A stretch of DNA of 64,000 nt from Neovahlkampfia damariscottae (taxonomy: Eukaryota). Position 1 is the first letter of the stretch, and every line of letters starts with the position of its first letter. Under the pieces are notes generated by a model. It saw only the letters and a list, made by a program, of their open reading frames with translations. It was not told where the DNA came from and did no database searches. The stretch is taken from assembly GCA_016618085.1 (NCBI GenBank), contig JABLTG010000010.1, forward strand, positions 62,001-126,000, given 5' to 3'. Positions 14,578 through 26,017 of this stretch are shown here, piece after piece. Position numbers and translations under genes: made by a program.

Positions 14578-15837
14578 TAATTTTTATTTTTCAGAGGACA
14601 CAACAAATGACATTGAAGCTTTGAATTTCTTTTGCTTCTTCAATAATCTCGTAAATCTAACAGATGAATAAATTGATATCGCAAGTCCAATCAAATGAAC
14701 AATCCAAAAAAATATCCAAAAAGGTAAAATGAAATACCAAGTCCAACCCATAAAAAACTAAATGAAAAAACATCAATAAAAAACTCATATTTTTTACAAA
14801 GTCACTTTTTTCGTTCCAAAAACATTGGTGATGTGCATATGTTCCATAGACTCCAAGCCCACCTATTTTTGAAGATTAAGTATTCTTCAATATTTATTCT
14901 TACCTATGCATCTTTTTGATTCACCACTTCTCTTGAAATAATCACAACAAGTAAATGAATAAGGAAGAACACCTGCAGCTGGTGGAATACACATTAAAAT
15001 TAAACCAAACAATGCAATTGTAATACCAACACCCAATAATATACCTTCCTTTTTCTTTTTTTTTTTCAAATCATTTCTGTTTCCCACTTTCAAATTTGTG
15101 TGAAAAATTTGTTGAAATCTTACTTGATGCGGTCTAAAAAAAAATTTCAATTAATTTCAAAGATATCATACATTTTTACATTTTTTTAAGACTAATGTTA
15201 ATAAAACGGAAAATAAGCAAAGTAATATGTACATAACTAAAGAAAATAAATTGTATGCGTAAAAAGGTATGAAAACGTAATAAATTGGAATTGTAGTTCC
15301 ATCATATATGACATCATTAAATATAATAGCATTAGTCATTGTGTATAACGCTTTTTCTTGGTCGTAGGTTGAGTTTGAGATATTTTTTCCTGATGCTCCA
15401 ATTGTTACGTCAACTGATTGAACAATTGCATCAGGTTTAACATATAGACGATACTAAAATATAAAAAAACAATGAAAATCAAACATTTCTTGTGTCTAAA
15501 GTTTCGAGTTGAAATACAGTGTTAGAAATTCCACCAATACTTCTTTGTGATTTAATTCCAGTAATATTAGCAATAACACCAGAAGTAGGTTCGAGATATA
15601 CTGACATTCTATCAGCTATTGTCGTCAAAAAATGAACTTCATATCTTAAAATTTGAGTATTGATTTTTTTCACCTTTTCGGACCTTGATCTGGATTTGAA
15701 GCATATGACGTGATGGTTTGTGTACTTCCAACTTTAAAAGTTGCTAAATAACCACTTGTTGGTAATGTTAATTGTGAATTTAATTCAACAACTGCCAGCA
15801 ACAGCAACAACTTAAAAACGGTAAAGAACAGTTTCAT
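14578..15837 (-). CDS. Hypothetical membrane protein with a signal peptide and several C-terminal TM helices (3' end and some exons uncertain)
   Basis: MKLFFTVFKLLLLLAVVE signal; hydrophobic segments 'ILLGVGITIALFGLILM' and 'WYFILPFWIFFWIVHLIGLAI'. Confidence 0.55.
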
Positions 15838-15866
15838 TGGACGGATAAATTCAACGGTAGAATTTG

Positions 15867-16645
15867 ATGTTTAAAAAGAAACGAATAATTCAATTTGATT
15901 GTGATTTTACAATAGAATCACTTGAAGAAATTCCTATAAAAGCGACTGATGTCTCTGCTCATTGGAGTTTTAAAGAAAATAATTCAATTTTTAAACAAAA
16001 GGTTATTGAAGGAAAAACAGAAGGAAAACATATACAAAACAACAGAGTAGTGTGGATGCAAGGGTTTAAAATTCCTACTTCAATGTTTGTAAATCCAAAA
16101 TCAAACGAGCTTGAACCTAGGTTTTTTTTTTCTTCAAATTTAAAATTTAGATATTTACAAATACAAATTTTCTCAAGGAAAACGATACACTCACCAACAG
16201 CTGATAATTTAGGCAAAGTTTTTATAAATTTACAAGATTTTTCTCAAACCGGAAAAACTACAAAGTCTTTTTTGTTGAGAGATTCAAAGTTGAATTCAAC
16301 ACTGAAGATGACGATAGAATTAATTCAACTGAGTGGAGATCCTTTCTTTAGATCATCATCGCCAAATGTATTAAAAGATAGTCATAATAATGACTGGATT
16401 GCAACCAAAGAAGGTAAGAAAAAGTTTTTAAAAATCAACAATGAAATTTAGACCAAGATGATGAATTCATAAACTCACAAAATTTACTAGATCAAGTCTT
16501 CGATCAAACATCCTCTACAACCCCCAAATCACCAAAAAAATTGAATATAACACCACAACCAAACAAAGATGACAGTCCTAGTGAAAAAGACGATCAATTA
16601 TCAAAATTAATTGATGATTTAATAAAAGACAATAAAGAAAATTAA
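15867..16645 (+). CDS. NT-C2 (EEIG1/EHBP1, FAM102-like) domain protein, 2 introns
   Basis: 'NRVVW', 'LGKVFINLQDF', 'SFLLRDSKLNSTLKMTIELIQLSGDPFF'. Confidence 0.8.
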
Positions 16646-16710
16646 AACTTTTTGTTTATCAATTTTAAAATGATATTTTTTTGATGAACCAATTGAATAC
16701 AGCTTTTTCA

Positions 16711-17560
16711 ATGGAAGAACAAAAATCAACAGCTTTGAATAGAGTTCAAAAAATAGTTGGACACTTGGCTAAAAATTATGTACTATCAAAACCTGTTTTA
16801 TTTTTCTCACAAAAAACAGAAATAAACCCAGAAGAAGTTTTCGAAAAAATTTTACACATGATTGAAGAGAAAGATTTTTCCAACGCAAGAAAAGAAATTT
16901 TTAATACTTTACCATATTTTCAAGAAGGTGAAGAAATGATAAGAGCATATCGTTTAGTTGGATTAACTTATTACCGTAAGAAGATTTTGAGATTTTGTAA
17001 TTTTCTTCAGGCAACGAAGAGTATTTGGAGAGTCTTCCATGGTTTAAAAAGTCAGCATCATCAAGTACAGAACCTTCAGATTGGTTTAACCTTGCTTCTG
17101 CTGCAGCTCAAGCAAAACATGTTGAATTAGCAATGGAAGCCTTTGAAACACTTGAAGAACTTCATAAACAATCAAAATTTGAAGCTCAACCTTCTTTTTG
17201 GATACATTTATATTGGTTTATTTTGGCTCTTATAAATACAAAAGAATATTTGATTTCTGTACATTTAATGAAAAGATTATCAAATGGTATTTTTTTTTTG
17301 ATTTTTTAACATTAAAAATAGCTTATGAGAAAGCAAGATTTACAGACAAAAAGTATTTGAATGAGATCGGATTGCCGTCTTTTGAAGAGTTTTTGGCAAT
17401 TCTTTTTTCTTTGAAATCCAATGTTACAACAAAAGAAGAAATTGATGAAATCGAAGAAACTTTGAAATTTTTAAATGAAAATATTGACGAATCTGGTCGA
17501 AATATGATTGAATTCATGAAAAATGAACAAACTAAAAAGATTGAATTCCTGAATAAATGA
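16711..17560 (+). CDS. TPR-containing protein, 2 introns
   Basis: 'AYRLVGLTYYR..EEYLESLPWFKKS...DWFNLASAAAQ' TPR-like helices. Confidence 0.65.
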
Positions 17561-17624
17561 GATTTCTTGTCTTGACGTTCCAATTTATTTTTGTGAGATT
17601 GTCCAATCATCAATAATTCTTTAA

Positions 17625-18939
17625 ATGAAACTCACTGCAAAAGACAAAAAATAGTGAGAAAAATAATTTTTGACCTCAATAGTGCTTCCACAGTTTTTGA
17701 CTGCCAAGTAAATAATGTCAAAGTTTTCAACCAACTTGACCCATTTAACAACGTTTTTCAAAGAAAAAAATTAACAAAAAAATTAAACAGCAAAATATCT
17801 CAGGATTCATGTGTAAAGAAGACAATTTATATGGAGGTAAAGAAATTATGTAAAAATAAAAATCAGGTTCTCTTTTGATCAGTCACATCAACGAAACACC
17901 AATTACTCCACAATTGATTTACGGATCACCAAAAATGAGTTATCCTTATAAAAAGAATTCTAAAGAGTTTTTGGATAATTTTATAATTCATGGTAATCAA
18001 AATATCAGTAATAACAAAAAGATATCAACCAAAACAAAAAAATTTCTTATTATTACATTTCTAGAAAATGGAATGGAACAAATATTTTATTTTTCAAGTA
18101 TGAGGACAATGATGGAAATGTTTATATATCAGCAAAGACTAAAGGTTCACCTGTTGTTATTGATGGTAAATTTGTTGTTTTAAAAATCATTTTTTTCAGG
18201 AGACTATGGCAACTTTTTTACTTTGACTTGTGAATTATTAAATTTAAAGGGACTAGATATTAAAAAGAATTCACCTGATATTTTAACAGAGTTTATTGAA
18301 AATGATGAAATTCAAGGTTTTTCTTTTGAAATTTGTGGAAACCAATTACCTAATCTTGTCAAATACGATTTTGATTTAAAATTAATTCCATTGTTTTATT
18401 TACAGTAAGTTATAGAAAATATTGATTAATTCATAGCTATGATGGGAAAATTGTTCCATACTATTCAAAAAATGAGATGTAATTCAGAGATCAAAAATTA
18501 ATTTTTTTAGAGGTCCATTCAAATTCAAATTACATGATGATCTGGTCGAAATATTGAAGAAACTACAAGAATATTCATTCTTTAGAAATGAAAAATACCG
18601 AAAAGACAAAAAATTAAAAACAAAATATGAACTAGAACATTTTATAGAAGAAGGTTTTGTTCTGTATTTATTAGATCCAAAAGGATATCTTTTAGACCGA
18701 AAAATGTTTAAAATCAAACCAAAAGATATTGAAGAAGTCAATTGGATGGTATTTGATGATAAAAGAAAACTTCAAATTGATTTGGTGTTGAGAAAACTTG
18801 GAGAAAGAAATATTCAAATCACAGACGAAAATTTGAAGAATGAATTAGATATGGGAGTCAAAGAATGGTTTGAAAATCAATTTTCTAACATTTCAGGAAT
18901 CGATTTTCAAAAGACATTTTGAATTATATTGATCAATGA
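17625..18939 (+). CDS. Putative ATP-dependent RNA ligase (covalent nucleotidyltransferase superfamily), about 8 introns
   Basis: Spliced product has motif I 'RKWNGTNI', Ia 'SAKTK', III 'FSFEICG', IV 'EEGFVL' and V 'MFKIK'. Confidence 0.75.
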
Positions 18940-19161
18940 AAATTCTAACAATGAATTTTAATTTGTTCTTGGATATCAGAGTAAAAATTAAAATCTGTGA
19001 ACAATATGGTTATCTTTCCTCCAGATATTATCAATTCATTTTTCTCTGCGTGTGCGATCAGCCAATGAATTTTTGTTTTGAAGTGTTTCTAGTAATAAAG
19101 CTCTGCAATATTGTTTGGATTCAAAAAAATCGAGAATAGTATTGCTAAAAAGCAACAAAAT

Positions 19162-19462
19162 TTATATTATTCCAAATAAAAATAAGACAGATGCAAACCC
19201 ACCAACAATAAATAAACTTATCAATCCATGTTTCATATTTTCATATCTCAAATTTTTTTGTTCTTGTTTTAATTTATTCAATTTTCCTTCTAATATTTTA
19301 TTTTCAAGATTATATTTCTCCTTATATGTTGTAGAAATGGCACTTTCCATTTTTTTTTTCAAAATTTTTAACTCTTTTTCAAGTTTCTCAATTTTACCAT
19401 CATAAAGATCTATTGTTAATATTTCTTCAAATTATACCAATTTCTTTTGCTATATCAGTCAT
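19162..19462 (-). CDS. Small tail-anchored coiled-coil protein, 1 intron
   Basis: MTDIAKEIDLYDGKIEKLEKELK... with a C-terminal TM segment 'LISLFIVGGFASVLFLFGII'. Confidence 0.5.
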
Positions 19463-19566
19463 TTTGTTATTATTTTTGTTCGAAGATGATTAATAGCCAA
19501 TGATTTTATTTCTAATTTGATTGGATAAAAATCACAACAGGTTCAGTTTTTTTTTTCAATTTCCAA

Positions 19567-22500
19567 ATGGATTCAATAAAAAATTTAAAAGATTTAGAAA
19601 TTTCTCTTGGAAAACTGTTAATACCAGATTCAAGAATCATAAAAGAATCAGAAAATTTAATCAAAAAATTTTCAAAAGATCCAAGTTGCTTACCTGCATT
19701 TTTTCAAATTATTTTAAAAAAAACTGAAATATCTACTGGAGTAAGACATATGGCTGCTACTTTAATGAGACATAAAGTCAAATCTCAATGGAAAAAATTA
19801 GATCCAAAACTTCAAGACGGTATAAAAAATGGACTTCTTCAAATCATCATAGAAGAACCACAGTAATCTAAAAACTATTATTTACATGTTATTATATCAG
19901 AATATTAGTTCGTAACGCAGTTTTAAGAGTTATAAGTCAAATTGCTGCGCTTGAAATTCCAGCAGGTTTTCTTTATTTAAAACTGAATTTTTTAAAGGAA
20001 AATGGAATGATTTAGCAAAATATATCTCAACTATTTTTCAAAGTAAAGAATATAGACATCGTGAAACCGCAATGTTACTCTGTAGTTTTTTATTTGAACA
20101 AGTTGGTGACGAAATGAAAAATAGTTTTGACCACTTTTTACAATTATTTCAAGCTGGTTTAAAAGATGAAAATCCAAATGTAAGAATAGCAACTCTAAAG
20201 TAACTTTTTCTTTGATCTAAAAAAAAACTCCAAAAATAGAGCTTTGGAATCATTGGCGAATAATATTGAACATGAAAAAGAGATTTTACAATTCCAAAAA
20301 ATCATTCCTTTAATTTTAGAAGTTGTTAGACATTGTATTCAAGAGGAAGAAGAAGAAATTGTATCTTCCATTTTTGATCTTTTTGCTGCTTTATTTCAAC
20401 TCAATTTTGATTCATTCAATGAATGTATTTCACCATTAATTCAATTCATGTGTGAAATTGCAGCAAATAGAAAAAATATTTTATCATTAAGATTAAAGTC
20501 AATGGATTTCATTGGGTTTATGGTTCAACAGTAAATTTACCATTTCAGTAAAGAACTAATTATTTTGATAGAAAACCAAGACAAATGATAAAATTATTGG
20601 AATTCGTTTTCAAAGTTATTTTTCATTTATTAGTTGAAGAAGAAGATGATTCTGTTGATCAAGATGAAGAAACATCACATAAATCAGCATCTGCTGTTTT
20701 AGATACAGTTGCTGTTTTTATTCCAAGTAAATTTGTTTTTAGACCTGTTGTTGAGTATTCAATCAATAATTTGATTAAATCAAATAATCCAAATGAAAGA
20801 AAAGCTGGAATTACAGCAATTGCAATTCTATCAGAAGGTTGTTTAGAATCAATGAAACAAAATATAACTTTATTGATTCCAATTTTGATCAATGGATTAA
20901 AAGACCAAAATCAAAAAGTTAGAGAAGTTTCATTTTTAGCAGTTCATGCATTCATTGAATATTTACAACCAGAAAGTAACAAAATTAGTTTTTAATTTTT
21001 AAGTATTTGAATATATTGATCAAATTTTACCATATTGCATTTTGATGTTAAATGATCCATCTGATGATGTAAAAGAAAAAGCCGTTTTTTCTGTTTGAAT
21101 ATTTTTGTTTTTTTTCATTATTTTTTTTTAGTTGGATGCGATTAGTCAACATATTGGTGAAGGTTTAGGAAAATATGCAAATGAAATTATGCAAACAATT
21201 ATGGAATTATTGACTAAAGGTTCAAGAAGAGTTCAAGAAATAGCAATTTCTGCAATTTCACCTGTAGCTCTTGCAATTGGTGCTAATTTCTTACCGTATT
21301 GTGATACCATCTTTAAATTAATGACAGAATTAATGATTCAATTATCATCAGATGATATCATTTTACGTTGTAAAGCAACTGAATGTATTGGAAACATTGC
21401 AGTGGCAATTGGAAAACAAAATTTTGCTCCATTAGCAACAGTAAGCAATTATCAGATTTTCTTATCATTTTCAAAGGGATATATGAAAATTGCAACTGAA
21501 GGATTATCCATTGATTCATGTGAATTGAGAGAATATTCTTATGGATTCTTTCAAAATATTGCTACTTGTTTAGAAGAAGATTTTGCTGTTTTCTTACCAA
21601 CTATTTTTAATTTAATGATTCACAGTACAGTTTGTGAAGATTCTGTTGCTCAAGACGAAAATAAAACAACTTCTTTTCTCAATGATGAAGAAGAAGAAGA
21701 TGATGAAGATGAAGAAGAAGATTACTTAAATGATTTAAAACTTGAAGTTAGAACTTCAGTTATTGATGAAAAAGCAGCTGCAATTTCAGCATTAGGTGTG
21801 ATTTGTGAAGTATGTAAAGAAAAATATCTTCCATATTGGAAACATACTTATGAATCATTCATTGTGAATACATCTCATTATCATGAAGATATCAAAAGAT
21901 TTGCAGTTTCTGGATTGAAAAATTTATTTTCAATTTTTAAATCCAATGACATTACAAAAGAATTAAAAGAATCTTTGAATGAAGTTAGTTTCATTTTTAC
22001 AACAATGATTGCAGATGATGATGACAAAGAAACAGTTGCTAGAATTTGTGAAGCATTCTCTGGATTATTACAAAATCTTGGAAAGAATATTTTTGATGAG
22101 AATCAATTGGGTCAATTGGTTAACTCAATAGTTGATGTTTTAAAACAAGATGCTGCTTGTAATGAAAATGATTACAAAGATGAAGAAGCTGATCATGATG
22201 CTGTTTTGATGATTGCTGTTTCTGATTTAATTGATGATTTAGCTAGATCATATGGAAAAGATTTTGCTCCATATCTTAAAGAATTATTTCTTCCAATATT
22301 AAACTATGCTAAAGATGGTAGATCAGATACTGATAAAGTTATGGCTATTGGAACTTTATCTGAAATATCAAATTCAGTTGGTGATCAAATCATTCCTTAT
22401 TCTGATACATTAATACAATTATTTACCTCTGGATCAAAAAGTATGAATATGAATATCAAAAGAAATTCAATTTTCGGAATTGGTGTTTTAGCTCTTGTAG

Positions 22501-22955
22501 CTCCAAAACAAACAGAAAAAGTAATCATGCAAGTTTTACAAATTCTTCACCCAGTTATTAAAGAACCAATGAAATATTCAAATTTTGTTGTTGATAATTC
22601 TGCTGGTTGTTTGGCAAGAATAATTATTTCACATGGATCTAATATTCCAATGGATCAAGTATTAGGAGGACTTGTTCAAGTTTTACCTTTGAGAGAAGAT
22701 TTTGTTGAAAATGATATCATTTATGGTTGTTTATTGGATTTACTCAAAAATGGACATCCATCTGTTGCAAAATTAATGGGTCCTATCATTTCTTTATTTT
22801 CAAGAGTTTTAGGTTCGGATGACTTGAAAAAAGAAATTCAAATTTCAATTGTTGGAACAATCAAAGAATTGAAGAATAAATACCAGCAACAAATGGATTC
22901 AATATTTCAAGATTTAAGTCAAGATGAAAAACAAAATCTCATTAAATTTTTATAA
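19567..22955 (+). CDS. IPO4: Importin-4 (Kap123-like beta-karyopherin), about 6 introns
   Basis: IBN_N region 'VRHMAATLMR'; HEAT repeats 'IAILSEGC', 'ELREYSYGFF'; acidic loop, 'VIDEKAAA', 'LPLREDFVEN'. Confidence 0.9.
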
Positions 22956-25921
22956 TTTTAATTCATTTTTTTCAAAATTAACTTCTTGTTGCATGATGGA
23001 AGAAAAAACAAATTCATTTCCGTAAACTTTTCGGTTTTTGTATTTTTTTGAAACTGATTTCTTTTCTTTTTCAAATGAAATAATTAAACATTCAACATCT
23101 GAATTTGTTGGAATTGTATTCAAAATATTTCCCCCTGCAGAAGTAATAATCTCCATCATATCTTGTTGAGGTGGTCCAGGTAAATTTGGGGAAACATAAA
23201 AATTCAAATTACTGAATACTTTCAATTTTTCATTTTCTAAAATTTTTCTTTTTTTCAAAGATTCCAACATATCAAAATTAAATTGTTTTTCAGCTTTTAT
23301 GTCCCTCAAAATATATTTTTCTTCATCTAAGAACTCTTTTTTCCGATTTGAATCATTCAACCATTTCAACGACACAATACTGCAATTGTTCAAAGCACAA
23401 AGGAATTTTTTGGTTCGATGAACTTTATCGGTAATCAAATGAGTAATTTCATTCAAATCTTCTGAAATAGTTCCTCCTAATTTCACAACCATTTTTGAAT
23501 ATTTTTTCAATTCCTTTTCATCAGCCAAACCAGTGAACATCACTTTTGGTGATAATTTTATTTTCTTATTTTTATCTTCTTCAGTTTCTTCAACTACTTC
23601 TTTTCCTTTAGGTACTCTTTTCCTTTTTTTTGTTTTCTTTTCAATTTTTTGTGATAATTCATCTTGTGTATCACTTCCAATGGTTTCATTTATAATAGTT
23701 GGTTTTTTAACAATAATTTCTTGTGAAGGAAATTCTGGATCTGACACACTGATAGATTCATTTTCATTAGTGTTTGTTGCTTCAATTGAGAGTGACTTCT
23801 TATATTCCTGAGAAATGACACCTCCTTTATCTATTTCATCTTCATCATCTGTTTCCATAATCTTCTCTATCTCAATTGATAAAGTCAATGAAACCGTTTC
23901 ATTGACTTTATCAATTGTTATCTTTGGAGTTAAATCATCATCTTGTTCTTCATTTTTATTTTCCACTTTTTGGTTCAAATCAATGCTTAATTTGGGTTCA
24001 AATGCTGCATTTTCAGGATATTTCTTTTCATTAAAATCAACACTTAGAATTGGAGTTGCATCATCTTCATTTGTTTGAATTTTTTTATCATTCAAATCAA
24101 CACTTAAAGGAGGTGTTAAATCTAAGTCTTCTATCACATTTTTTTCGTTTGTATTTTCTTTATTCAATTCATCAACATCAATACTCAGTGGAGGAGTTAA
24201 ATCAACATCCTCTTCTTTTGTTTCTTTTGGGTTATCATTAAAACTTAATTTTGGAGTCAATTCAATATCAGTGTCCGAATTGAAATGATCAACTTTTTCA
24301 ATGAGTTTCTTTTCTGTTTCTTTTTTTGCAGAATCTTCAAAAATTGGTGATAGGTCAATTGGAATTTCATCGTTTTTTTTATCATTCACTAAATCATCTT
24401 CTGTATCAGAATCTTCCAATCTCAAATTCATTTCTTTGTTTTTATTGTCTGTTACTTTATTTTCAAAAATTGGAGAATTTTGATGATCTGATAAATCAGA
24501 ACTTGTTTCATCATCATCTTTTTCTTTCAGTATTTCATCATCAAGCTTTAAAGTTGGGGAAACTGCTCTAGAAGGATATGAATCACTCAAATCTTCACTA
24601 ACATTTGAATTTTGTAATTTTTTCCATTCTGCTAACTCTTCATTAAAATTTGGTGATTCATCCACTTTTTTCTTGTCTCTTTCAATTATCAAAGTTGGTG
24701 ACGGGTATTTCTCTTCATTATGTTCTATTCGTAAGGTTGGTGAAATATTTGAATCTGATTCAAGTCTTAAAGTCGGTGTTACATCTGATGATTTTTGTTC
24801 TTGTGAAAATGATTCATTAAATTTGAAATTTAGAGGAACAGGATGTTCTTCATTAGAAATTATTTTCACTTCTGTGTTTTCTGATAAATCAACATCGTCA
24901 TCATCTTCATCATCTATTCCGTCTATTCAAAAAAAGTTTAAGAATATTTTAAATCTTCAAACCGATGTGAAATGTTGAATTCAAAGTAGAATTCAATGTT
25001 GTATCAATTGTATTTTCAAAATTTAAATTTTTAAAAATCCCACCTGATTTATCATTTTCTTGGTCACTTGTTTGTGTATTATCTGAATCCGAATCATTTT
25101 TTGAAGTTGGTGTTTCTTCTAAAAATAAAGGAATATCTTTCGAAGGTGTTTCTGTTTTTGATTCAATTGATTTCTTTTTTAACCAATTTAAAGTTAATTT
25201 TCAACTTACATTTTCTTCATAAACTTGTGTTGATTCATTTTGTGGTGAATTTTTTTTTTCAATTGAATCTTCATATAATTGAGTATTTTGTTCAGTTGTA
25301 GTTTCTAATTCATGATAAGTTTGTGTTGATTCACTTTCAAAATTTGAATTTTCTTCTAAAGTGTCTTTTTCAAAAAATTGAGTTGCATCATCAAAATCAG
25401 GCTCTATTTCTGTTTCTAAAGGTAATTTATGAATATCGTCTTGTGATAATTTTTCATATTCTAAAAAAACACACTTTATTTTACCAAAGAAAATAATATT
25501 TTGATGATTAAGTTGAAAGGATTTTTCAGGCTTCAAAATTTTTGATTTTGAGTTTATATTCATTGATAATCTTGTTTTGTTTAAACTTTTTAAATCTTCA
25601 ATGAAACAAAATTCATCAACTTCTAATGATTTTTTTTAAGCATTTTTTTTTTTAAATCTTACCAATGGACGCATGGGTTTTTGAAATGGATTCAAAATTT
25701 AAATTTATATCACAATTTTCTCTTCCTATTTTAATGGATTTCTTATTATACAAAGGAAAACAATTCAAAGTTTCTTGAGCTCCAGGAAAATGAAAATTTA
25801 AATAAGCAACAATTTGGTTTTCATTCTTCAAATTGGATGATTAATCATGTATATTTAGATTTACTGATGTATTAATTTCTGTTGATTCATCAAAGTCCAA
25901 GTATTGTGTTGCGTTCATCAT
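22950..25921 (-). CDS. MDC1: MDC1-like DNA-damage mediator (FHA, TQ/SDT motifs, tandem BRCT)
   Basis: FHA 'IKIGRENCDI...SISKTHASI'; C-terminal 'KVMFTG...THLITDKVHRTKKFLCAL...IVSLKWL' tandem BRCT. Confidence 0.75.
23873..23917. repeat. Perfect 22-bp inverted repeat with a 1-nt spacer inside coding sequence
   Basis: caattgataaagtcaatgaaac-c-gtttcattgactttatcaattg. Confidence 0.95.
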
Positions 25922-26017
25922 TCAAAAAAATTTGAACCAATGAGCTGGAAAAAACAACTGATTGGTTAAATAACAATGGAATAATTTATTTGACATTTAT
26001 AACCTTTGGTAATAATT

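Noticed and set aside
15045..15123. Possible nested or double intron in the membrane-protein gene
   Set aside because: Several in-frame solutions exist and no conserved motif decides between them
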